DNA of 53,837 nt. Source: an uncultured Lachnospiraceae bacterium (GTDB lineage Bacteria > Bacillota > Clostridia > Christensenellales > UBA1242). Below the pieces are notes generated by a model. The model did no database searches and was not told where the DNA came from. It saw only the letters and a list, made by a program, of their open reading frames with translations. The DNA is taken from contig CAZIPJ010000002.1 in NCBI GenBank assembly GCA_964541365.1, positions 1 through 53,837 of the forward strand, read 5' to 3'. The number at the start of each line of letters is the position of its first letter. Position 1 is the first letter of the stretch. Made by a program: the position numbers and the translations under genes. Shown piece by piece: positions 1 to 10,800 of the stretch.

Positions 1-866
1 TCTCCAATTTGCACATCTTCAAGACCAGCAACACAAACAATTTCTCCAACGCCAGCGCTCTCAACAGGAACTCTTTTAAGTCCTTCATACACAAAAAGGC
101 TGACAATCTTTGACCTTTTCTTTTTGTCTGTTTCGTGATAGTTGCAAACAATCACACTTTGTCCAACTTTAACTGTTCCCCTTTCAATCTTTCCAACTGC
201 AAGCTTTCCAACATATTCATTATGCTCAGCAGAAGAAATCAACATCTTGAAAGGCTGAGAGTCATCACCAACAGGTGCTGGGATGTGGTTTATGATTGTT
301 TCAAAGAGTGGCTTCATATCTGTACCAGTTACATTTTGGTCAATAGATGAAATACCCTGTCTTGCAGACGCAAAAACAAATGGAGAGTTGAGTTGCTCTT
401 CATCTGCATCAAGGTCCAAGAACAATTCCAAAACTTCATCAACAACTTCTTTGATTCTGGCGTCTGGCCTGTCAATTTTGTTTACAACAACAACGACTTT
501 AAGTTTGAGTGAGAGAGCTTTTTCAAGCACAAATCTTGTCTGTGGCATAGGTCCTTCATAAGCGTCAACAACAAGCAAAACGCCATCAACCATTTTCAAA
601 ACTCTTTCAACTTCTCCACCGAAGTCAGCGTGTCCAGGTGTGTCCACAACATTGATTTTTACGCCATCGTAAAAACAAGAAGTGTTCTTAGAAAGGATTG
701 TAATCCCCCTTTCTCTTTCAATGTCGTTTGAGTCCATAACTCTGTCTTCAACAACTTGGTTGTCTCTGAAAACATTACCCTGTTTCAAAAGTTCATTAAC
801 AAGCGATGTCTTGCCGTGGTCAACGTGGGCAATAATCGCAACATTTCTAATATTTTTGTTCTCCAT
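1..866 (-). CDS. typA: Translational GTPase TypA/BipA, N-terminal part (rest of gene lies beyond window start)
   Basis: Absent from the ORF track because it runs off the window. Minus-strand translation from ATG at 866-864 gives [62 protein letters not shown]...[17 protein letters not shown]...[13 protein letters not shown]1 (AHVDHGKT), G3 (DTPGH) and G4 (NKID) motifs sit in BipA-typical context. Confidence 0.9.
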   Translation of the reverse strand, partial: MENKNIRNVAIIAHVDHGKTSLVNELLKQGNVFRDNQVVEDRVMDSNDIERERGITILSKNTSCFYDGVKINVVDTPGHADFGGEVERVLKMVDGVLLVVDAYEGPMPQTRFVLEKALSLKLKVVVVVNKIDRPDARIKEVVDEVLELFLDLDADEEQLNSPFVFASARQGISSIDQNVTGTDMKPLFETIINHIPAPVGDDSQPFKMLISSAEHNEYVGKLAVGKIERGTVKVGQSVIVCNYHETDKKKRSKIVSLFVYEGLKRVPVESAGVGEIVCVAGLEDVQIG

Positions 867-957
867 AGTCTTTTATCCTTTTCTTAAATAACTTTAACAG
901 TTTATCATTTTTTAAGACAAAAGACAATAAAAATTTGAAAAATAATCTAAACTATTT

Positions 958-1812
958 TTATTTTGAATGACATTTTTTCTTGTTTTTGCGTACTTTTGCA
1001 AAGAACCAAACCAAAAACATTCCGCCACTGACAACTACAATCGCACCAATATACCAAACTGGTGTGTTGACACTTGTCACCCAAAACGAAATTTTTTGCT
1101 CTTGTTCAAGCTCATCAAGAGTTTTGATGAAAACATTGTGATAGAAATTTTCGTCTTGATACATAACTTCTGACTTCAAACCCCTTGTCTGCGTTGCAAA
1201 GTCATAGACAAAAACAGAGTCGGCATAATTTGACACAACAAGTTGTTTTTTATCATCAGACATTTCAGAGTTGTTTGCCCAAGATGACACTGCCAAAAGA
1301 CAGACCATTTTCAAGTCGCCCGCACTCTTTTTGGAAGACACTGGAAAAGTGGTGAATATTTGTGTCTTTCTTATGAAGAAACCTGATTTCTTTTGTTTGT
1401 TTTTGGAGTCGCTTTTGTCCGAGTCCACGCCGAAAAATCTTTGCTGAGCATCCAAATTTTCAAAGACAATCGAAAATCCAACCCCGTCAACATCAGTGAA
1501 GTATTTTGCATTTTCAACGCTTACATCGTCACACTTTTTATCTGAATTTGACTTGGCAAGTGCATTGACATAACTCGTCAGATAAAATCTGAAAATTTCA
1601 GTTTGCCCATCTGAAAACCCTTGCTGTTTCAACAGTTTTGAGTTGAGCGGGAAAACATAGGTCAAAGAAATATGCCCGTCATCATAACTTTTTCTAACGA
1701 TTCTGAAAGCGTTTTCTTCAAACACATTTTCCGTTTTTGCGTACGCACTGCCAAAAGGCAAGCACAAAAAGCACATCAGCAATAAAAAAAGAGTATAAAA
1801 AGTTTTTTTCAT
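958..1812 (-). CDS. Secreted protein with C-terminal membrane anchor, function unknown
   Basis: 284-aa ORF. N-terminal signal peptide MKKTFYTLFLLLMCFLCLPFGSAYA. C-terminal hydrophobic segment WYIGAIVVVSGGMFLVWFFA followed by a basic tail KVRKNKKK. Lies directly downstream of the giant surface protein gene. Confidence 0.5.
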   Translation of the reverse strand: MKKTFYTLFLLLMCFLCLPFGSAYAKTENVFEENAFRIVRKSYDDGHISLTYVFPLNSKLLKQQGFSDGQTEIFRFYLTSYVNALAKSNSDKKCDDVSVENAKYFTDVDGVGFSIVFENLDAQQRFFGVDSDKSDSKNKQKKSGFFIRKTQIFTTFPVSSKKSAGDLKMVCLLAVSSWANNSEMSDDKKQLVVSNYADSVFVYDFATQTRGLKSEVMYQDENFYHNVFIKTLDELEQEQKISFWVTSVNTPVWYIGAIVVVSGGMFLVWFFAKVRKNKKKCHSK

Positions 1813-1837
1813 ACTCTATTTATACTCTTTTGATTTT

Positions 1838-4800
1838 TTAGTATTCGTCATTTGGATAAATGTTTCCCTTGTGAAGATTCTTATCCAGAATATTTGTTGC
1901 AGTAATCTTGCCGTTGTTTTGGTTGTTTTGAACTGTCCCGTTTGCCAGAGCTGTGACGCCAGCTATGTAGACAACAAAGTTGTCATTGTCATACTGTGCA
2001 GAGACGGTTATGTTAGCGTAGTTTTTGCAACCTGCAAGTTTTGAATAACCTGCGTTTGTAACAACGATTCCAGCCACCTGAACAACATCAGATTCGCTAA
2101 GTCCAACAACGCTGATTGTCTTTGCAGAAGTTGCGTCTCCCGCAGTGCAATTTTCAATGCTTGCATAATTTGTAAACGCAATACCACCGAAAAAAATCAA
2201 TTGTGCTGTGTTTAAGTCATTAAATTCCATATTTGTATTTGCACTGCAATTTGTGATGACTGCATCTCGCCCAATGTTGATTGAAGCGATACCGCTGTAA
2301 ATCATCATTATTCTGGTTCTGTTGCTTCCAATTCCCACAAAGTTTGTTCGCAGACCAGTCAAGTTTACATTTTCAATCTTTCCTGAGTTTGTGATTGCAA
2401 GCCCAGAGATGAGAGAGTTCCTTGTCACATAAGGTGTTGAAGAACCCGCACTGAGCGTCACTTTCAAATTCAAATCCTTGACAACCGCTGTTGATGAAAG
2501 GGTTTCAAAGAGTGCTGCGCCGTAGCTTATCACTGTGCTGTCAGCATCTGTCGAACTTACAACATTGCCTTCTGACACTGTCACATCGCCATTTGAAAGT
2601 TTTGAAACTGTGCTGTTTACATATTCAATGGTATAACCATTTCCCCTGATTTCGCCGGTGAAAACTCCGTCAAACAAAATACCTTGAAGTTCTGATGAAA
2701 GGACAATATCTCGTTGGAGAGAGAAGTAATACTTTTCTTCTTCATTCTTTATGTTTCCATTCTCAGTAAATCTTTTCAAACTCTCATCCTTTGACAATCT
2801 GTGAAGTATATTTTTAAATTGTGTTTCGGTTGAGATGAGATATGGACTTTGCGCTGTCCCTTGCCCCGCTGCAAACAAGTTGTAATTTACCGTTTGACCA
2901 TTGTTATATTCAAGCGCTTGTGATTGGATGTTTGCTTCACCAAGCTTAATCTTAACTTTAATTGCAACTTTTCCAATTATCGTTGGAGTGAAATAATTTT
3001 TTGTTGTAGTGTAAGTTCTAACAATTGCAGATGCGCCTTCGCCGTATGTCGCTTCAACAATGTAAACAGGCTTAACGATTGACTCTTTTGCAATTGTGTA
3101 AAGAGCCCCGTCTTCTGTTTGAATAATGCTTTCAGTTCCACTACCGGCATCGACAATTTTGAAAAGTGTTCCGGCAGAAAGAGTCGTTGTTTCAACAGCT
3201 TTAATCGCATCACGGTAATCGGAATTGCTGATGAAATATGTATTTCCTTCATAAGAAATCTCACTGCTGTTTTCATAGATATTTTCAACAACAATTTCTG
3301 TGCCTTCCGCAAGTTTCAATTGTTCGTCGCCAACAATAGTTCCTATTTCCAAATCTCTGTCTTGGTAAAGAACTGTCTCTTTACTTGTCTCAATGATTTG
3401 CTCAATTTTTGTAACTTGATGTTTTTGTTGTAAAGCATTGAATCCATTGTAGCTCCACTCAAAGCGTTGTGCTTGTGAATTCCAAGTGATTCTGCCATCG
3501 CCCCAAGAAGAACGCTGCAAAATCAAATCGTCGCTCACATCACTGTACAAGCAGTTTTCAAGGCTGAGATTTTTAACATTGAAATTCATAATTGTTCTGC
3601 TGTTTTGTCCAACAACAAACTTCCCCACATATTCATTGTCCGCTGTAATTGCTTCGTCTTCTTGCTCCAAGATATAAAGTTTGCTCTTTGTTGCGTTGAA
3701 AACAAACTTTGTTGGAGTGTCTGTTTTGTCATCATTTTGATAGATTGACAATTCAATTACATTTGATGCATTGCTTTCAAAGTAGTTTGTGAAATCCAAG
3801 ATTTCAATATTTGAATCTCTTTCATTTGAAGAAATCACAAAGTCATTTGAATCAATTGCTTTAAGTTTTGTAATTTCAATTTCTTTTCCAAATGATTTGA
3901 TTACACTGTTTTGTGTCGATACTTTTGTCATATAAACAGTCAAAGCTTGTGTTTTTGCTGAAAGTTGTCCTTTGCTTTCACTGAATTTAACAACCACTTG
4001 TCTGTCAGTCATTCCTTGCTCAAAAGTAAAGTCGCCTTCAATTTCTTTGAAGTTTTCATCTACAACAGAGAATTTGTAAGTTTCGCCGAAGTTTTCTGTT
4101 GCACTTGTGGCAGAATCAAAAGTCACTGTCCAAGTAAGTCCACCATCAACAACTGCCAAAGAGTCTTCATCGATTGATTGACATCTTTCGATTGACTTGA
4201 TTGTTTCGCCGTTCCCCATAAGCACAAAACTGTCAGTTCCTGCAAATTTAACATTTCCATATGCATAGCCACCTTCAACCAAATTCAAGTAGGTTGGGAA
4301 TGCTGGAATAACATTTGAAACATTCATTGCAAAAGCCTGAACTGTTGCTTTCATAAACTTGGCAGACTTGTTAAGTTTTTCTTCTGGGATTCTTGCAAAG
4401 TCAAACTTTGTTTCAAGCGTGTAGTATTCAAGCTTGTTTGCGTATTCGTTTTCACTTTCGCCATCGTCCACATAAGACAAGTCATATTGCACAACCGTAA
4501 CTTTGTAAACAATCTTTTCTCTATTAGAGATTGTCAAATTACCTTCTGTCCTGCCTTCAACACTGTTCCAAGTCAAAACACCGTCTCTGATACTAAGTCC
4601 ACTTGCTGTGTCAAGCATCTTTGCATCAAACTCTTCAAAGTTGCTTCTAAGTGCAACTCCGAGCATTTTGTCACTGTCACCTTCAACAGTGTTTGGATAC
4701 TTAACATTTTTCAAGTAATATCTTGTTGGGTCATTGTTGTTTTCAATTTCAAATGTTGCAGTAGTACCAAGACTTGCAATATAGAATTTTGAAGCACTGT

Positions 4801-7800
4801 ATTCTGAATATTTATAGTTGTATTCTGGTGCATTTTGTGACAAGTCAGTTACACCAACTTCGTAATAGATTGGCTTTTCTGCATTGTTGCTATCAATAAA
4901 TTGAATTGATTCTGATGAAACATCATTATAAACTTTGTAGTTGTACAAATCCAAATCAGAATAGCACCCGTCAAGTCCTTCAAATTCTTTGTTGTTTGTG
5001 TCATCAATCTGAATTAATCCATTCACATTTGAGACGCTTGGAGTCATAAGTTTGTAAACATTTTCAATGTGATATACTTCACTGTCTACAAAAATGTTGT
5101 TTGCGTAAACATCACCCACAACCAAGAAGTCAACATAGTCATAAAGTCCATAGCCGGCTTCATCAAGGCTGTATCTTGCTGTGTTTGATGTGGTTTCAAT
5201 TGGCTCTGCAATGGTCTCACTTACGCTTGAATGTTTTTTGTAAATCACTGTTGTCTTAACATTCTTCTGTGGAGTCCAAGAGAATTCTCCGTTGTTGAGT
5301 GAGAAGTCATCTTTAAATCCGTAGAGAGTGAGATTAAATAGTGCTGACTTACTTGAAAATGAATAGTCATTTCCTGTCGCAAAGATTTGCATCTTGTAAG
5401 CGCCTTTTTTGATTTCCATTCCATATCTTCCAAGGATAGAATTTCCTTCATTTTGGTTGATATAGAACATCAAATAATCTCCGTCAACTGTTTCTTTCCC
5501 AAATTCATCTGTTTCATAAACCGAAACGCTTACGCCGTCCTTTCCATTAAAAAGTGTCAAACTGTAAGCAGTTGATATTTTTGAAATTGAGAATGCATAA
5601 TATTCGTTTGCGTCATTGTAAATTTTTAGGATGTAATTTTTTGCGATTTCGCTTGTCAAAACGCCATCTTGTTTTGAGTAAATCTCACTCTTTTTCAAGA
5701 TAACCTTATAAGAATTTGCACTATTGTATCCGTCAACGGCACTGGTTTTTATTGCTTGAACCGTAGGCTCGTTGTTTACATAAATACTGTTTTCGCCGTT
5801 GTTTTTAAAGCTGTACCAAGCTGATGTCAAGCTTGAAGAATTTCCAAGCAAACAGTAATCAAGTTTGTATTCTCCTGTTTGCAAAGATTCAAATCTGTCA
5901 TCAAAAAGAGTTTTGTAGTTTCCAACACCAAAGCTTCCGTCTTCCATCAAAGCACTGAACGCTCTAAGTGTTGCGCCACCACCACGATTTTCCAAAATTC
6001 CAAGTTTTGCTTTATAATCATATCCGTCATCAAGAGCAAACAAACTTGAAATCAAATATCTTGCATCCACATCAAATGTTTGGCTTCTGCCTTCAACAGA
6101 ATTTGCAAGAGATGTAAATCTAAGTCTAACAAAAATTCTTCCATAAACAAGGTCTGAAAGTTTGAATGTGAATGGCACTTTAAATGTTGTGTTCAAAAGT
6201 GTGTTCACTGCTTCGGTTGATTCTCCGCAGTTTCTGATGTAATCAACAAAGTCTCTGCCGTCACCACTGCTAAGTTTCAAAGTTTCATCTTCGCCTTCTG
6301 CAAATTCGATAAACACTTTTCCATTTTCAATTTTCAATGGAGCTTTAATTTCATTCTTTTCAATCTTGACTGGCTTTCCTTCTGACATCACAAATTGCAA
6401 CTGTGATGGAAGGACATAAGCATCTTCATTGACACTTCTTACTGCCAAGTAATAACCCTTTTCAAGCCCGATAAATTCAGAAGCGTTGTATCTGTTTGTA
6501 TTTGCAACATCATAGACATAAGTATCTCCAATCTGCAAATTGTCATTGACACTTTCAATGAAGTATACATAGTATTTTTGAGCATTTTCGTCAATGTTTG
6601 TCCAAGTCAAACTTCCTGACATCAAATCCAATCTGTCGATATCTCTGAGTTTGTTAAACACAAATTGTTTTCCATTGTCAGAGCCAATCCAGTCACTGAG
6701 AACAAATTGTTTTTCTCCGTCAAGAGCCTTGACAGAAAGCACTGAAAATTCAAAGCTAAACTTTCCATAAAGGTCAGCAAATTCACTTTCTTCAAAAAGT
6801 TTTGTCAAATTGATTTCAAAGCAGTCTTCATCAAGGAAATAATCCCCACTGAGAAGCGTCTGTCTATCAACAAACATAACCACTGGTGATATATCTTCAT
6901 TTCCTGCTTCCAATGGTGAAATCTTTACATAGATTCCAAAAGTTGTTTTATTTTCTGAAATATCATTGTTTTCAAACAAAGCAAATGAATTTGCATAATC
7001 TTCAATGAATTTTGAATCTTCCGCCAATTCTTTTCCAAGTTTTCTTATTCCAATAAAGTCTATTTTGTTTTCATATGTGAAACTGCAACTTGAAGAATGT
7101 GAAATTGTGTAACAGTTTTGAAGGTCACTTTCGTCAATATCCTTGCACGCCCAGAAGTAAAGGTCTATATCTTGGTTGTTTGCAGAAATTGTTTGCCCGA
7201 GCTCTTTAAGTTTGTCAATGATTGTTGGAAGTTTGTAAGTACAAATTTCTTGTTCGTTTGTTGAGCCCTGTGCAATGTGAAGTGGAATAATGCTAACCAC
7301 TTGTTCATTTAAAAGAGCATCTTCGCTAAGTCCAACATAAATCCTTGTGTAAGTTCCGATAACAAGTTCAAATGACAAATCTGTGTTGCCTTCGCTTTCA
7401 ATGTATCCAACTTCCACAATATCTGTGCCGACAACAAATGTCCTGTCAGTTCCGCGTGTTGTAAAGGTGATTGAATCCACAACCAAACCATCTTGCTTAG
7501 TTGAGATTTCGTCTGCAATGTTGTTTCCAACAACGGTAACTTCCATATTGTAATATGTTCCACCCTGTGCAGTGAGCTTGCTTGTGTCAATCTTAACACT
7601 GTCGCTCTCTGCATAAAGTTTTGTCCAGTTTTGAAGCACTGTTCCATCAGATGTTGTAAATCTGTAAAGATAAGTCTCTCCTGCTGTGCAGTTGAAAACG
7701 ATATTTCCAAATGCATTCACTTCAAAGTTTTGCACTTCAAGACTGTTTCCTTTGATGGTTGCATTGAAAGTGAATGTGTCAGAGTCATTTACACCTTCGC

Positions 7801-10800
7801 TTCCCCTTACAAAGACATCAAACACAAAATTCTTATCTGACATCAATGTAAAGATATCAACCTTGCCTCCTTCCAAAAGTTTAACAAAACCTTCGCCAAA
7901 CATATCTGTAAGTGTGCAAGAGTTTACTATTGTGGATGAGCCGTTTGTTCTTTCTTCAACATACTCATAAATCAAATTCGCTCTTGTTTCGTCTCCGGCT
8001 TCATACATTCTAAACACATATCCTGTTGCACCAGAAACCGAATCCCAAGAAAGTGTTATGGCTGACAAATCATCAGCATCTCTTTGAATCATCACATCTG
8101 AAAGTGGAGTGAGTTTGTTTAAAACAAAATCAATTTCAGTTGCAATAGCTCTAAGTTTTCCATCTTCTTTTGCATAGACAGTAAGCGTGTAAGTTCCGTT
8201 TGCCCATTGTCCGCCGTGTGGGAATTCAAAATAGAATTTTCCATTTTCATAAGTCACTTCAAAAGTCGTGTTGTTGCATTCAACAATATAAGTTGTCAAG
8301 GTTGAGTTGGTGTCTGCATCAATAACAAATCCACCAGATGTTTTTTCAACTTCTTCAACTGTTGCCAAAATTTGATACTCATCACTTTCAGTCCAAACTG
8401 AGCAAGCCAAAGAGTATTTGTTTGCACTTGAAACGCTTGCAACAAAAGCAGACAATTTCACTTTTCCACCTTTTGCAAGGATTCTCTTTCCGCTTTCAGT
8501 CTTTGAAAGTGTTTCAGTCAAATCGTATTCAATCTCCGTCAAAACTTCGTTCACAGGGACAAGCACATATTCGTCTTTCAGAGCATCACCAGTTTCCTGA
8601 TATGTAACTTTCACAACCACACCGCCACTCGTCTGGGTTTCGGCTGGCAACTTTATTTTGAGCTTATGTGTGAAACCGAGCTGAGAATCCTCAACAAACT
8701 CAATTTCTTCCACTTGCTTTACTCTTACAATCTCAACACTTGCAATTGATGAAAGGATGTCAGTGTCGCTGAGCGCACAAACTCCAACTGTCAAAGTTTC
8801 TCCAATGTCCACTTTGCTGTTGTAATCAACTGGCGAAAGCACAAAAGAGTATTTTCCGTCAGCAAGTGTGATATTTTCTGTTCTGTAAAATTCTCCATTT
8901 AGGAATATATCAAAGTTTCTTGAAGTGCCGTAGTTTCCTTCAAAAACGATTTTCACATCAGGAAGTTGAGCATTTGCCAAGTCATCCGCAACAAATTCAA
9001 CATTCTTAATGTTTGGAGTTGCAAATTTATTGACTGTTGCTGTACCACTGTAAAGATAGTGATTATTCTCTGTCATTCCAGCTTGCAAAGGAAGTTCAAC
9101 TGCTTTTGAATAATATACAGTTCCGCCAGCAGCAACGCTATAAGTTGGCTTGTCTGTCAAATCATCAACAATTGGGAATGTTTCAAGATATGCAGAAACA
9201 TAAATTGTAACTTCTCCGGAGAGAGCATTTAAAGCATTGTAAAGTTCTTTATTTGTTGTCAAATTTTCACTTGTTGATGCAGTCTTGTATCTTGCAGTGT
9301 TTCCATTTTCATCAACAAACATCAAAATATATCTCAAACAATGTAGATTTTGTGATGAAGCAAACTCATTCCAAGAAATCGTATTGTTTTGGTAAGTTAC
9401 ACTTTCGTCGGCAGGCTTCAATGCGCTCATCTGTGAAACTGTCCAACTGCTTTCTTCGCTGTCCACATAATAAGTCTTTTTGTTTCCTTCACTTTCAACG
9501 GCTTTCTTTCCAACAACTTTAAGTGTGTATCTTCCGTTTTCTGTAATGTCGACCTTTCCTGTTTTGTTATTGTCAAAACTGCTTGCAGTGACAACCTTTA
9601 CATAGTCCACAAAGTCTTTTTCAATTGAACTAATTTCGTATCCAAGTTGTGCAGTTTCAAAAAGTTTAAGTTGTGAAATTGCACCAAGTTTATAAATTCT
9701 GATTATGTTTGAACTGTCAGATTGAACATAGTATGGGTTTGTTACCACAACTGAGAATTCGTAATAAGTTGACACATCAAAATCTGTTCTTGCAAAGCTT
9801 TTCGTAAGTGCTGAGATTTCATCTCCAACTTCAACTCCGTCAAGCAAAACTTGATATCTTGTTTCGCTTTCATAAGAAGCGTTTGATGCAGCCGCACTCC
9901 ATTTCAAAATGTAATCAGTATCAGATGTTTCAAGGTCAATTTCAAGAATAGTCTCTGGCATTTTCTCAACAACGCAAACGACTTTTGAGTTGTCAAGAGA
10001 TGTTGTTGCAAAGTTTGAAGAGATTGTCACAATCCCGCCTTCAAGTCTGTCTTGTTCCGCATAAACTGCAAAACCAACTTTATCGCTTTGGTTGTAAACA
10101 TTTGCAATTTTTCCAATAGATTGAATTTGCTCAATAATATTTTCAAAGTCAATAGTGACAACATTTGCATTGATAGAAACAAACTCAGAATCACTTCCAA
10201 TATTTTCTTCAATGTCCTGATAACAAGCAGTAGTGTTTCTTGCAAGTTTAACAGTAATGTTTTCTTCTTTTCCATTCAATCCCACACATACGATTGTCAA
10301 AACATAGTAAGCTGTTGAAGTTGTTGCAGTGTGTTCAAATCTCAGAGCCCCATCATAGTAAGAAAGTTCTGTTGGAGTTTGCAAACGAGTAAATCTGTAA
10401 GTTGAAATCTCCCCTGACAAATATACTTTCCCGCTTTCCATTGCAAAAACTGAATCTTTTTGTGCTGAACCATAATATCTGAAATTGTACTCAACATTTG
10501 ATTGGTTTGAAATTGAAAGTTTTGCAACTGTTTCATTTTCACTTCCTGCGGTTGTTCCGTTTCCATCCCAAATTCTCACGCCCTTTGCACCCGCAACTGC
10601 ACTGATGCTAAGTTCTTGTGAAATGCTGTTTGCAGAAAGGTCGGTTGTGTCCACTTGCAAAGTCAATTCTCCAATTTGAATGTCTTCACGAGCAACCTTT
10701 GGCAATCTCTCTACAACAAACTCAAAAGCGTCACTTTCGTTGTAAAGCTGTTCATTGTCTGAATGTGCAACAACTGAAATCGTGTATTCTTGTCCAGCGG

